The notes beneath the pieces were generated by a model that had not been told where the DNA came from, made no database searches, and saw only the letters and a program-made list of their open reading frames with translations. A DNA stretch of 64,000 bases. Origin: Verrucomicrobiales bacterium. GTDB taxonomy: Bacteria > Verrucomicrobiota > Verrucomicrobiia > Limisphaerales > JAYPXF01. The stretch spans positions 14,680-78,679 of the forward strand of contig PBAL01000022.1 of the NCBI GenBank assembly GCA_002715965.1. The letters are read 5' to 3'. How positions within the stretch are numbered: position 1 is the first letter of the stretch; the number at the start of each line of letters is the position of its first letter. The position numbers were made by a program, and so were the translations under genes. This document shows positions 21,186-31,757 of the stretch, one piece after another.

Positions 21186-22343
21186 TTATTCCGGAATGAC
21201 CGGGATTTCGGCGTAGTATTTCCCGACCACGTAGAGCGCGAGAATGCCTCGATTGGGCCCGCCTTCTTCACCATCGAGTTCAATGGGGAGGCTTTGTCCA
21301 AAATCGGTCTTGCGAAAGGGAACGGTGAGAAGCGGTTCCTTGCCTCCGGAATACACGGAGAGTTCAAGTTTGCCATTACCGGCCGGACGCGCGGTCAAAA
21401 GGAATTGAGGAAGACTCATTCGCTTTTCACCCTCTTCGATCTCGACCCTTTTGATTTCATCCACGGGGGCTGCGACTCCACCAACCTCCGGTGCAGCGTC
21501 CTTCATCCATAATTGCCCCAGAGCAATTTCCGATTTTGTCGCGGAGAGCCTTTCGAACGAGACTCGTTTGTCGGGGATTACAAGAATTGCAACGCCGCTC
21601 TTTTCGAAGAGATCCGCCTTGCCTCCATCGCCCTGGATCTTTGCTGGCACGTGATCGAACTTGTTCAAATGTTGGGCGAGGATCGCGGCCGCTTCTGCGG
21701 CTTTACCGCCGACACCCTTTCCAGCTGCGTAAGCAACTTCATCGTCAGTCAGGGTGATGTTCAGTTCGGCCTGAAATTTGCCAAGCATGCTCAGGAGCAA
21801 TGAAGCGCCGGAATCATCGCCTCCGAAAACCGCGACCTCAAATGGCACGTCCTGGCGCGCAGGCATGTCCATCAAGCGCGTGCGCAAGATCGGATCAGCT
21901 GATTTTCCGTAAACGAGCAGTTCCTGGCGGCCGCCATCCTTGGTGGCGATACCCAAGTGAAATGCGCTGACCCTGATCGATTTGCTTCCTTCACGAAATA
22001 TTGCGGTGAGGAACTTGTCCTTATCCGCGGGCGATCCGCGTTCGGAGGGTGCCACCCCGCGCGTCCAGAGAACGCCGACGGGCACTGCATCTTTTCCGGC
22101 GGAAGAGATCATTTTCTTGGTCAATCCCTTGGCGGGAATGATCACGATGCCGCGATCGCCCTTTGCGATGGCCTGGGGGTTTTCCAGGTCGAGTTCGAAC
22201 GTGAACGGCTTGCTCTTCAGGTCGCCCATAAGCGTGGCCAGCTTGCCGGCGATCTCGCGGGCTTTTTCCGGCGGGGCGGCTTCCTGGGCTGGAAGCTGTG
22301 CGCTGAGACAGAGTAGGGACAGGAGGATGAGGATCTTTTTCAT
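21186..22343 (-). CDS. Secreted hypothetical protein made of two tandem homologous domains
   Basis: Signal peptide; repeated motifs IVIIPAK/ILVIPDK, VGVLW/LGQLW, ELLVYGK/ELSVYSG, LGKFQAE/VGKYYAE. Confidence 0.75.
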   Translation of the reverse strand: MKKILILLSLLCLSAQLPAQEAAPPEKAREIAGKLATLMGDLKSKPFTFELDLENPQAIAKGDRGIVIIPAKGLTKKMISSAGKDAVPVGVLWTRGVAPSERGSPADKDKFLTAIFREGSKSIRVSAFHLGIATKDGGRQELLVYGKSADPILRTRLMDMPARQDVPFEVAVFGGDDSGASLLLSMLGKFQAELNITLTDDEVAYAAGKGVGGKAAEAAAILAQHLNKFDHVPAKIQGDGGKADLFEKSGVAILVIPDKRVSFERLSATKSEIALGQLWMKDAAPEVGGVAAPVDEIKRVEIEEGEKRMSLPQFLLTARPAGNGKLELSVYSGGKEPLLTVPFRKTDFGQSLPIELDGEEGGPNRGILALYVVGKYYAEIPVIPE

Positions 22344-22462
22344 GACGGGTGAAAGATGTTGTTCGGATTGTCTGCGGGAGTAACGCCAGGGGGGAAAGAT
22401 CGGTTACGATCCTTGGTGCTTGCACCGTCTCACAGCGATTCCCACACACAATGAACCGGTAT

Positions 22463-22492
22463 ATAAACATGTCACATATGCAACATGTTTAT
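22463..22492. promoter_or_regulatory. AT-rich palindrome, candidate operator
   Basis: ataaacatgt-N10-acatgtttat with perfect 10-bp arms, 120 bp upstream of the 22343 start. Confidence 0.45.
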
Positions 22493-22551
22493 GGTCTGTC
22501 GGTTGCGGTTTCCGAAAGGCGTTGCGGAAACTGATTCTTAAAGTCAGGGGA

Positions 22552-22941
22552 TCAGGAGCCGGTTTCTTCGTGCCCGGTGTTCTCGGAATCGAGTTCGTGC
22601 CAATTCGTGATGTCTTCTTCGCCTTGTTCCCAGCAGAGGAAAGCTTCCTTGTTTCCCATGAGGGTGGGGAAATCAATGAGGCCGCGCTCGATATTTTTGA
22701 TCTGAATCTCGCGGACCTCAAACTCGCGGAGCACGGTCTTGAACTCGGAAGTATGGATGACCCAGTCGTTCACGCGCCTGCCGCCCAGGTCGTCACCGGA
22801 ACGAAGGCTGAACTCGCTCTGCTGATCGTAACGGGCGATTTGTTCGTGGAGGGACTGAAGGCGCTCGAGCCATCCGCTCACTCTGGGGAGCAGGTCACGC
22901 GCTTCTTCTCGGCTGTAGTGTTTGTTGAATTTCCAAGGCAT
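22552..22941 (-). CDS. DUF2203 family protein
   Basis: YSREEARDLLP...IKNIERGLIDFP...LCWEQGEEDITNWH. Confidence 0.85.
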   Translation of the reverse strand: MPWKFNKHYSREEARDLLPRVSGWLERLQSLHEQIARYDQQSEFSLRSGDDLGGRRVNDWVIHTSEFKTVLREFEVREIQIKNIERGLIDFPTLMGNKEAFLCWEQGEEDITNWHELDSENTGHEETGS

Positions 22942-22963
22942 GCGCCGTTCGGCGTGGATCTAC

Positions 22964-24703
22964 CTATGAGTCGAGAAGTTTCTTGGTTTCCCGGAGCTTG
23001 TCGACGATCTCGGGCTTGGCTTCAAGCGCGATGGCTTTCTCGTAGTGCTTGATTGCTTTCCGATAGTCGCCGAGCTTTCGGTAGGCGTCGGCGAGGTGGT
23101 CGTAAAGGGTGGAATCCTCCTCTTTCTCTACGACAGCGTTCTGCACGGCCTTCAACAACCAGGGCAGGCTGGCGCGGTGTTTGCCCATCATGTAGAGCAC
23201 CCAGCCCATGCTGTCGAGGTAGGCTGAATTCTCGGGTTCGGCAGCAACGGCTTTCTCGATCATCTTCTTGGCCTGCTCGAGGTTTTCACCGCGTTCGGCC
23301 CACATGTAACCGAGGTAGTTCAAGGTATTCGCGCTGTCCGGGTTTAGTTCCAAGGCCTTTTGAAAATGTTGGCCGGCCTGTTTGAAGCCCTTGTTGCGTT
23401 CGGCTGCGACTCCGAACTGGAAGTAGAAGAAGTAGTTCTGAAGCTGGCCAGGCTCGTTCTCCTTCGCGAGGATCTCCGCGCCCGTGTAGTGCTCCAGCGC
23501 CTTGGTGTAGTCCTTCTTCTGGCCGTAGGCGAGTCCGCGATAGAATTCGGTCGAATAGCTTTGCCGGAACCGCTTCGCGGTTTCTTCGAGAATCGTCAGG
23601 GCCTTTTCGGGCTTGCCGAGGGTCAAGTTCAAGCGGGCGATTTCCAGGTAGGCGCGTCGATCGTGCGGTGCGGATTCCTTGGTCTTGCTGAAGTAATCTA
23701 TGGCTTTTTCCCACTCCCTCTTTTCATCCGAAATCATCCCCATGATCAGGTTGGCTTGGGGATCGGTGGGGCGATTTCTCAGAATGGACTCCAGCTGGAT
23801 GATGGCGCCGTTGCGGTCGTCACCACGCATATAGATTTCCACCAGGCGACGGCGAAAGGCCTGAGAGGTCGGATAGCGATTCACCAGCGAGAGGTAAAGC
23901 GACGCGCTGGTCTTGTAATCTCTCGCGAAGAAGAAAGCTTCGGCCAGTTGCTGAACGAATACGGGTTGCCGGGGATTCTGTTTTTCGGCGCCGCGAAGGA
24001 TGCTGAGCAGCATTTCCTGGTTTGCGTCGAATTCTTTCGAGTGTTTCTGCAGGACGTCGCGCGTCAGGTTGCCGAGTTCGATGAGGAAGCGAACGCTGGT
24101 TTCCTTGACCCGCGCGGCCTGGTCAATTGCAGCGAGCGCCTTGTCAGGATTCTTGGTGAGAATGTGGATCTGAATCTTGACGCGATGGGGAAGAATGATG
24201 CGCGGGTTGAGTTTGATTGCCTTATCCGCAGCTTCGAGGGCTTCCTCGTGTTTCTTGGTCTGCTGATAAGCCAATGCGAGGACGGCATGGACTCCGGCAT
24301 CGGGTTTGCCGTCCTTGACCACCTTGCCAAGGATCCGGATCGTCTTTTTGTGATCTCCCTTCGCAAGAAGCCGGCGGGCCACATCCGAGGTCAACTTCAT
24401 GTTGGCCGGATTGGCTTCGAGCGATTTCAGGAACGACTCAAGTGCCTGGTCGCGCCGGTTGTTCAGTTCGTGGGAAATCCCGACCGCATAATGCGTCAAT
24501 GCATCGACGCGATCCTGGAAGCGCTTACGGGCTTCCTTGCGGTCTTTCTCGGAAACCTCGCTGGATTTGGAGCGGGAAAGGAGCTTGCGGGTCTTGCCCG
24601 CGGCCGTGGCATCAATGCCGGAAAAGCTCAGCCCAAGGAGCAGTATAAGAAGCCGGGCGAGCGCCGGCTTGGTGGGGCAACAGGTCTGAAAAAGGTACGA
24701 CAC
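22964..24703 (-). CDS. Periplasmic tetratricopeptide repeat protein
   Basis: Many TPRs; C-terminal LNYLGYMWAERGENL...YLDSMGWVLY...YDHLADAY. Confidence 0.9.
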   Translation of the reverse strand: MSYLFQTCCPTKPALARLLILLLGLSFSGIDATAAGKTRKLLSRSKSSEVSEKDRKEARKRFQDRVDALTHYAVGISHELNNRRDQALESFLKSLEANPANMKLTSDVARRLLAKGDHKKTIRILGKVVKDGKPDAGVHAVLALAYQQTKKHEEALEAADKAIKLNPRIILPHRVKIQIHILTKNPDKALAAIDQAARVKETSVRFLIELGNLTRDVLQKHSKEFDANQEMLLSILRGAEKQNPRQPVFVQQLAEAFFFARDYKTSASLYLSLVNRYPTSQAFRRRLVEIYMRGDDRNGAIIQLESILRNRPTDPQANLIMGMISDEKREWEKAIDYFSKTKESAPHDRRAYLEIARLNLTLGKPEKALTILEETAKRFRQSYSTEFYRGLAYGQKKDYTKALEHYTGAEILAKENEPGQLQNYFFYFQFGVAAERNKGFKQAGQHFQKALELNPDSANTLNYLGYMWAERGENLEQAKKMIEKAVAAEPENSAYLDSMGWVLYMMGKHRASLPWLLKAVQNAVVEKEEDSTLYDHLADAYRKLGDYRKAIKHYEKAIALEAKPEIVDKLRETKKLLDS

Positions 24704-24755
24704 AGCCTCAAAGATGAAGCTGTGCCGAACAAAGGCAACTTTTAAAGTGCGCGGA

Positions 24756-24857
24756 TTACTTCTGCCAAGTGCGCTTCTTGTGGCGATTGGCGCGAAGCTT
24801 CTTGCGACGCTTGTGCTTGTTGATCTTCGATTTACGGCGTTTCTTCAGTGATCCCAT
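24756..24857 (-). CDS. 33-aa basic AURKAIP1/COX24 (bS22/mS38-like) small ribosomal protein
   Basis: Hand translation [33 protein letters not shown]; below the ORF-track size cutoff. Confidence 0.85.
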   Translation of the reverse strand: MGSLKKRRKSKINKHKRRKKLRANRHKKRTWQK

Positions 24858-24924
24858 GCTTGGTTATCTGTTTCTGTTTTCGTGTAAATGCTGGCCTTTC
24901 TGGGCGAAAGAGCGCGGAGGATAC

Positions 24925-25827
24925 CTAATAAACTACTTTGTTCAATGGATATTCGATAATTCCTTCAGCGCCGGAATTCTTGAGGATTGGGATGATCTCC
25001 CGAACCACGTGTTCGTCCATGATCGTCTCCACCGCAACCCAGCCGGGCAGGCTCAGTTGTGAAATGGTCGGGTTGCGCAGCGCGGGAAGTGTTTTCAGGA
25101 GGTGGTCCACGTTCTTCTCCGCAATGTTCATCTTGAGACCGACCTTTGCCTCCGCATCGATTGCGCCCTTGAGGAGCATCGAGATGGTTTCGATCTTTTC
25201 ACGTTTCCAATCGTCCTTCCAGCTGTCCTTGTTGGCGATCATGCGCGGGGTGGACGAGAGAAGTTCTTCCACAATGCGAAGATTGTTCGCGCGGAGTGAA
25301 GAACCTGTCTCGGTGACTTCCACAATGGCGTCAACCAACTCACGGGCCTTGACCTCGGTGGCGCCCCAGGAAAATTCGACCTCCGCCTTGACCTTGTGTT
25401 TGCGCAACCACTTCCGGGTCAGATTCACAACCTCGGTGGCGATGCGTTTTCCTTCCAGATCCTTGGGCGACCTGATCGGAGATTCTTCCGGCACAGCCAA
25501 GACCCAGCGGGTGGGTCGGCGGGTGGCCTTGGCAAAGAGAAACTCACCGATCTCAACGACCTTGGATCCGTTCTCGATGATCCAGTCGTGACCCGTGATC
25601 CCGGCGTCGAGATAACCCTGCTCGACGTAGCGGCTGATCTCCTGCGCGCGAATCAGGCGGATCTCAAGTTCGTCGTCGTCGACGTATGGCACGTACGAAC
25701 GGCTGCTGACCTGGATCTTGTAGCCCGCGCGCGCCATCTTCTCGATTGCTGCTTCCTGCAGACTTCCTTTCGGGAGGCCCAAGCGCAGCTTCGGTTCATT
25801 GTTTTTTGTTTTTCGCTTCTTCTTCAT
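24925..25827 (-). CDS. hisG: ATP phosphoribosyltransferase (long form)
   Basis: [35 protein letters not shown]-terminal regulatory domain. Confidence 0.97.
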   Translation of the reverse strand: MKKKRKTKNNEPKLRLGLPKGSLQEAAIEKMARAGYKIQVSSRSYVPYVDDDELEIRLIRAQEISRYVEQGYLDAGITGHDWIIENGSKVVEIGEFLFAKATRRPTRWVLAVPEESPIRSPKDLEGKRIATEVVNLTRKWLRKHKVKAEVEFSWGATEVKARELVDAIVEVTETGSSLRANNLRIVEELLSSTPRMIANKDSWKDDWKREKIETISMLLKGAIDAEAKVGLKMNIAEKNVDHLLKTLPALRNPTISQLSLPGWVAVETIMDEHVVREIIPILKNSGAEGIIEYPLNKVVY

Positions 25828-25964
25828 CGAGAATGCTGAGCTGGGGGAGAGAAAGAGTTCCGCCCTTATTTTTCAAGCAGATTCTGGACCCCACACCGGC
25901 CCGCCCGCGGAGCCACTTATTACTTGCCTCACACCTCACGTGCCCGAATCTCTTCGGCGTTCGC

Positions 25965-27356
25965 ATGAATTCCCTCAAACATTTAATGGTCGCACTGGCG
26001 CTCTGTCTTGCCTCGCATTCGGTCGAAGCCCGCAAGCCCAATATCATCTATATCCTTGCTGATGATCTCGGTTATGGCGACCTGGGTTGTTACGGGCAGA
26101 AAACGCTTACGACTCCCAACCTCGATCGCATGGCCGCCGAGGGCATGCGCTTCACGCGGCATTATTCGGGGTCCACCGTTTGCGCGCCATCGCGTTGCGT
26201 CCTGATGACCGGACTGCACACGGGGCATGCGCGCATCCGCGGCAATGGTCCGGGGCAACTGCTGCCGAGCGACGTCACCTTTGCGCGCCTCTTGCAGCAA
26301 AACGGATACGCAACGGGCTGCTTCGGCAAATGGGGCATAGGCAATCCACCTCCACTGAACGACCCGGCCGTTCATGGCTTCGACGAATTCTACGGCTACC
26401 TGAACATGTACCACGCGCACAACTTTTACCCGGAGTACGTCGTGAAAAACGGTCTCAAGATCCCTCTGCAGAACAAGCTATACCCGGACTGGTATCAGAA
26501 ACGATTCGGACCGCGTGACGGGGCCGGCGTCGCGGAGAAAGCCGTGGACTACCTGCCACAGATGATCGCCGACGAAACGCTGAAGTTCATCCGTGCCAAC
26601 GCGGAGAAGCCGTTCTTCATCTATTACGCCTTGAACATTCCACATGCAAACAATGAGGGAGGCGGGGAACCGAGGATCAATCGCGACGGTATGCGCGTGC
26701 CGGATTGGGGTGAGTTCAAAGACCAGGATTGGCCGGCGCAAGAGAAGGGCTTTGCGCAGATGATGCACTATATCGACCGCGACATCGGAAACATGATCAA
26801 ACTCCTCAAGGAACTCGGCGTCGATGACGACACGGTTATCATGTTCAGCAGCGACAATGGTCCGCACCAGGAAGGCGGCCACAAGATGGCTTTCTTTGAT
26901 TCAAACGGACCGTTGAAGGGCATGAAACGGGATCTGTACGAGGGCGGGATTCGCGTGCCCTTCATCGTACGCTGGCCAGGCAAGGTTCCCGCAGGGCAGA
27001 CTTCCGCACACATCTCCGGGTTCCAAGATATATTTCCCACGGTCTGTGAATTGGCTGGAATCGAGACTCCGCACAGGATCGATGGCATTTCGTTTGCGCC
27101 GACCCTGCTGCAAGAGGGGAAGCAGAAGGAGCATCGGCATCTTTATTGGGAATTCTACGAGCGCGGTGGCAAGGCCGCCGTGGTGAAGGGCGATTGGAAG
27201 GCCGTCCGCTTGAACATCTTGAAAGATCCGGACGCGCAGATCGAGCTCTACGATTTGTCGAAAGACATTGGCGAAGAAAGCAACATCGCTTCCAGACATC
27301 CGGCGCTCGTGGAGGAAATGGCCCGGATCATGAAACGCGAGCACGTCGACCCTTGA
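25965..27356 (+). CDS. Arylsulfatase
   Basis: KPNIIYILADDLGYGD, CAPSRCVLMTG, SDNGPH; start MNSLKH. Confidence 0.95.
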   Translation: MNSLKHLMVALALCLASHSVEARKPNIIYILADDLGYGDLGCYGQKTLTTPNLDRMAAEGMRFTRHYSGSTVCAPSRCVLMTGLHTGHARIRGNGPGQLLPSDVTFARLLQQNGYATGCFGKWGIGNPPPLNDPAVHGFDEFYGYLNMYHAHNFYPEYVVKNGLKIPLQNKLYPDWYQKRFGPRDGAGVAEKAVDYLPQMIADETLKFIRANAEKPFFIYYALNIPHANNEGGGEPRINRDGMRVPDWGEFKDQDWPAQEKGFAQMMHYIDRDIGNMIKLLKELGVDDDTVIMFSSDNGPHQEGGHKMAFFDSNGPLKGMKRDLYEGGIRVPFIVRWPGKVPAGQTSAHISGFQDIFPTVCELAGIETPHRIDGISFAPTLLQEGKQKEHRHLYWEFYERGGKAAVVKGDWKAVRLNILKDPDAQIELYDLSKDIGEESNIASRHPALVEEMARIMKREHVDP

Positions 27357-27375
27357 TCAGCCAGGACACCGAAAC

Positions 27376-28482
27376 ATGAAACCTGCCTACATCTATCTTA
27401 TGGCGTTCGCCATGATGTCTAGCGCCATCGCCCAGACCGCCGACCGCCGATTCAATGACTGGGACAAGAACAAGGACGGCCGCCTCACCAAGTCGGAGTT
27501 GCCGGAAGGCCCCCGTCGGAACTTCGAAAAGGTGGACACCAACAAGGACGGCTTCATCTCGCTCCAGGAACACGTGTTGTTCCTGACCCGCGGCCAGAAC
27601 CGGCTACGTCGGCAACCGCCTCCGGCAGTCATCACCGGCTACGCGGTGAAGGTGAACATCCCCTATGCTGGTTCAGACAATCCCCGACAGATGCTCGATC
27701 TGGCCTTGCCCCAGAAAAAGTCCACCAAGCCGCGGCCGGTGCTTGCTTTCATCCACGGAGGCGGTTGGCGCAATGGTTCCAAGAACGGAGGATTGCGCCG
27801 CATACAGACCTACCTGCAAGCCGGTGGATACGTTGGCGTTTCCATCGGATACCGGCTCACCGGTGAAGTGCAATGGCCCGCGCAGATCCATGACTGCAAG
27901 GCCGCCATCCGCTGGCTTAAGGCGAACGCAAAAAAGTACAATCTAGACCCGAATCGCATCGCCGTGCACGGCACTTCAGCCGGCGGCCATCTCGTGGCGA
28001 TGCTCGGTGTGACCGGGGGAATGACGGACATGGAAGGCCAACTCGGCGATCATCTCAAAACCGACAGCCGCGTGGCTTGCGTGGTGGATTACTTTGGGCC
28101 AACGGAACTGCTCACCATGGACGACCATCCCGGCAAGATGAAGCACAACGCCATGGATTCGCCCGAGAGCAAGCTCATTGGCGGAGCAATCCAAGAGCAC
28201 AAGGACAAGACCCGCCACGCCTCTCCCATCACACACGTTTCCAAAGACGACGCACCAATTCTGATCTGTCACGGCACTGACGACCAGCTGGTGCCTTATC
28301 CGCAATCGGTCGATTTTCACGCCAAGCTGAAGAAAGCAGGGGTGGATTCAACGCTGATAACGGTGAACGGAGCGGGTCATGGGCTGCGCGGCAAGCGCCT
28401 GGAGGAAATCATCAAAACATTTCTTGCCCGCCACCTGATGGGCAAGACGACGAAAGTCGAAGACGAAACGATTCCGAACTGA
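27376..28482 (+). CDS. Alpha/beta hydrolase (BD-FAE-like esterase) with N-terminal EF-hand pair
   Basis: DKNKDGRL and DTNKDGFI EF-hands, IHGGGW, GTSAGG, HGTDDQLV, AGHG. Confidence 0.9.
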   Translation: MKPAYIYLMAFAMMSSAIAQTADRRFNDWDKNKDGRLTKSELPEGPRRNFEKVDTNKDGFISLQEHVLFLTRGQNRLRRQPPPAVITGYAVKVNIPYAGSDNPRQMLDLALPQKKSTKPRPVLAFIHGGGWRNGSKNGGLRRIQTYLQAGGYVGVSIGYRLTGEVQWPAQIHDCKAAIRWLKANAKKYNLDPNRIAVHGTSAGGHLVAMLGVTGGMTDMEGQLGDHLKTDSRVACVVDYFGPTELLTMDDHPGKMKHNAMDSPESKLIGGAIQEHKDKTRHASPITHVSKDDAPILICHGTDDQLVPYPQSVDFHAKLKKAGVDSTLITVNGAGHGLRGKRLEEIIKTFLARHLMGKTTKVEDETIPN

Positions 28483-28630
28483 GGAGAACTCGCAGTTCCG
28501 TCGCCCGTCTCATTCAGGAGCAATTTCGATTGTAATCGCGGCAGGAGATACACGCACGCCCACATCCCCTGGATCAAAGAAATTGAATTCTCAGCAAATT
28601 GTACCATTCTCATTGCTGATCCGAATTCGC

Positions 28631-29782
28631 ATGCCTGACATGACAAACAATGACAATCGTTCTTCGCTCAAGCCGCTCATCATAGGTGCAGCGCTGGTCG
28701 CCGTAGTGGTGATTCAGTTCAACAGCATCGCCTCCCTGCGAAAGGAAGTTGCCAGCCTGCGCGGCCAGATTGAATCAACGGCAAGCAAACCCAAGCGATC
28801 CAAGTCGGGCACAGTGCTGAACAGCAGCCGGGAACCTTCGACGACCACAATCGTTACCGCAGACACCGGCGATCTCGAATCCCGACTCCTTGCGGTGGAG
28901 GAGAACATGACGTCGCTCAACAAGAATGCCCGGCACCTGATGGATCGCGGACAAGTGCCTCCCGATGCGGAACAGGCGGAAATCTGGAAGGCCCGATTCC
29001 TGGAGGGCACCACCCTCAACCGCGCGATGTTCGAAACACTGCGCCGATTGCGGACGAATGACTTGTTCGACGATTCAATGGCTGCACATGCCGCCACGCT
29101 TCTCAGTCAATCAACGAACAACGGAGTGACCCGCGCGCTGCTCGACTCGCTGCGTGGCGCGAAGAATCCCGCGCTAAAGCCGGCCATGCTCGCACTGGCC
29201 GCCGAATCGACCGAGGGAAGCGTCCGATACCGCGCCGTCTACAACCTCCGGGAATTTCTGGCGGAAGATCCCTCGGTGGAACAGGCATTGTGGAAGATCG
29301 CCTCCGAGGATAAGTCCGGCGAAGTACGCCGACGCGCGGAGGAATCATTGCGCCGCGTGCCGTTGACGGATGAACGTCAAACCACGCTTGCCGCTCGCGT
29401 CACGAACACGGGACTTTCTTTCGACGAACGCTGGTCCGCCCTCCGGGTTTTGGGTTACAGCAAGGGCGCCGATCTCAGTGGCGTGGCCGCCAGCCTGGTC
29501 CAGTCCGTGAATTCTGCGTCCGACGATGAAACCAAGCTTGCCTACATCCGCGCCTTTGATGACGTCAACCACGACGACTTCATGCTGCCGCTCGTCAATT
29601 CCGTGCAGGACTCAAACCCCGAAGTTCGCCTGCGCGCGGCGGATGCGCTCGTCGATTACAAGGACAAGGATCCCGCGGTCATGGAGTGGCTGAGGATGCT
29701 CGCCAAGGACGATCCGGATGAACGCGTTCGCAAGGAAGCAATGCGTGCCTTTCAGCGGCAGCAACAACGTCGTCGCCGTTGA
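28631..29782 (+). CDS. Membrane-anchored HEAT-repeat protein
   Basis: N-terminal TM and coiled coil; repeats VRYRAVYNL, VRRRAEESL, VRLRAADAL, VRKEAMRAF. Confidence 0.8.
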   Translation: MPDMTNNDNRSSLKPLIIGAALVAVVVIQFNSIASLRKEVASLRGQIESTASKPKRSKSGTVLNSSREPSTTTIVTADTGDLESRLLAVEENMTSLNKNARHLMDRGQVPPDAEQAEIWKARFLEGTTLNRAMFETLRRLRTNDLFDDSMAAHAATLLSQSTNNGVTRALLDSLRGAKNPALKPAMLALAAESTEGSVRYRAVYNLREFLAEDPSVEQALWKIASEDKSGEVRRRAEESLRRVPLTDERQTTLAARVTNTGLSFDERWSALRVLGYSKGADLSGVAASLVQSVNSASDDETKLAYIRAFDDVNHDDFMLPLVNSVQDSNPEVRLRAADALVDYKDKDPAVMEWLRMLAKDDPDERVRKEAMRAFQRQQQRRRR

Positions 29783-29800
29783 GGCACAGCGACCGCTCAA

Positions 29801-31348
29801 TCACTTCGCCTTCCTCTTCTTGCGCTTGCCCCGGCGAGGTTCGCCCATGTTTGCGCGCCATGAGTCGTAGAGTGTCTTCATGGACGCAACGCGTTTCGGA
29901 AAACGTTCGGCGACGTTCTTCGTTTCCCCGATGTCGCTCTTGAGATTGAATAGCTGAAGTCCCTTGGGGTAGGAAAACTGTTCGGCTGCCACGGCGATGT
30001 TCTCATCGGTCAACCGGTAGTTGGCATGAATCCAACCCTCGGTTTCGATCAGCTTCCAGTTCCCCTGGCGAATGCTCCACGCCTTCTTGCCATCCGTGAA
30101 ACAGAGATGATCGTGGCGATCGCGACTCTTCAATCCGCGGATCCGGCCGACCAGGCTTCGGCCATCCAGGTTGCCGGGGTCTTCTCCCCCGCAGATCTCC
30201 AGGATGGTTGGGAAAACATCCATCGCTGAACTGAGATCATCGCGCGTTTTGCCCTCGGGAAGTTGTCCCGGCCACGAAACGACCAGCGGAATGCGCACGC
30301 CTCCTTCGCCGAACATGTACTTGAATCCACGCAGAGGCGTGTTGTTGGCATAGGTGTTTATCGTCCCACCGTTGTCGGACAAAAAGATGACGAGCGTGTT
30401 CTTTCGTTGATCCGTCTTTTCGAGCGAATCAAGGATGCGGCCGATGCCATCGTCGAGTGCCATCAGGTTGGCGAGATAGCGCTTGCGGCCGAGCGGATCG
30501 ACCTCGCCAAGGTGCCCCCACTTCTTGTGCCAGTCGCTCCAACTGATGTCCCGCGGATCCCAGAAGGGAAAGGTCCAGCGCTCCGCATTTCGATTCCACT
30601 TCGGCTGCTCGCAACCAGCCTTCTTGGCGTATTCAGGATGCGCGATGTAGGTGGGCATGTGCACGGCGTTGTATTCCAACTCGATAAAGAACGGCGTCTT
30701 CGACTTCTTGCCCGCTTCAATCTTTCGGATCACTTCGTCGGTGAAGATTTCGGTCGTGAATCCATTCTCAAATGACACCGGCTCCCCACGATTGCGCTCC
30801 AGCGGACCGACACAGAGGATTCCCAATGAATCGCCATTGGCGCGTTTCTTGTAGGCGTCCAGGTCTTTCTGGCTCAGGCGGATGTAATCCCAAGTGTGGT
30901 GGTTGAAACCGAGGTAGTCGTCGAATCCATGATCGAGCGGATGCTCCGCATCACCTCCATTGAGATGCGTCTTCCCAATCTTGTGCGTCGAATAGCCTAG
31001 CTTTCTCAATGCCTTTGGAATCGTAAGTTCGCCCTTCGGAAGCCCGCCTTGGCCGTACCAATAATTGCCCCATCGTTGCTGGTACCGGCCCGTGATCAAC
31101 CCGGCCCGCGAAGGGCTGCAGATCGGGCTGGTGGAATAGGCGTTGCCGAAATAGGTGCCCTCCTTCGCCAGTCGATCAATCGAAGGAGTCTGGATATCCC
31201 CCGGTGCTTGGGGCAGGAAACTCATGTCAGCGTAGCCAAGATCATCCGCGACGATCACGATGACGTTTGGTCGTATTCGTGACGCGGTTGCATCGAGCAA
31301 ACAGCTGAAGAGTGTGAGGAATACAAAGGAAAAATAGATGCCTTTCAT
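29801..31348 (-). CDS. Sulfatase
   Basis: RPNVIVIVADDLGYAD, CSPSRAGLITGR, SDNGG; start MKGIYF. Confidence 0.94.
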   Translation of the reverse strand: MKGIYFSFVFLTLFSCLLDATASRIRPNVIVIVADDLGYADMSFLPQAPGDIQTPSIDRLAKEGTYFGNAYSTSPICSPSRAGLITGRYQQRWGNYWYGQGGLPKGELTIPKALRKLGYSTHKIGKTHLNGGDAEHPLDHGFDDYLGFNHHTWDYIRLSQKDLDAYKKRANGDSLGILCVGPLERNRGEPVSFENGFTTEIFTDEVIRKIEAGKKSKTPFFIELEYNAVHMPTYIAHPEYAKKAGCEQPKWNRNAERWTFPFWDPRDISWSDWHKKWGHLGEVDPLGRKRYLANLMALDDGIGRILDSLEKTDQRKNTLVIFLSDNGGTINTYANNTPLRGFKYMFGEGGVRIPLVVSWPGQLPEGKTRDDLSSAMDVFPTILEICGGEDPGNLDGRSLVGRIRGLKSRDRHDHLCFTDGKKAWSIRQGNWKLIETEGWIHANYRLTDENIAVAAEQFSYPKGLQLFNLKSDIGETKNVAERFPKRVASMKTLYDSWRANMGEPRRGKRKKRKAK

Positions 31349-31757
31349 GATCGGAAGCCGGATGCAGAATGGCCGCAGTAATTTCGTGAGTCGAGAACAA
31401 GGAGGTCGGCGAACAATCTCCGGGCACATCCCACATTATTGCAGCAAGTGCCGGAGCATCCCAGCCTGACGCGCCAATACAAACTCGAACCCAAGCCGCG
31501 CTTTAGAAACAACTGCGCCCAGAAATTGATTCGAACTGTTGTTGCTGATTGTTCGGATCCGTACAGTAGAGAGACAATGTTCGGTGAGGGAGAAAACTCT
31601 CGATTTCAGTTTCAGCGTCTTTTGTCGCGTAAATCCACCCAATCTCCGAAACCCAATTCGAACCTGTAAGCAGTTCCGTATCCGTTGGATTGAAGCTTGA
31701 GGCTTGGAGTGGAATTGGAGCTTTCCGCTTGTTCCTCGCTCAGCCCCCGACTTGAAT

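Noticed and set aside
31430-31750. 320-bp intergenic region as an sRNA or mobile element
   Set aside because: I could not identify convincing terminal repeats, a stable fold or a protein-like frame
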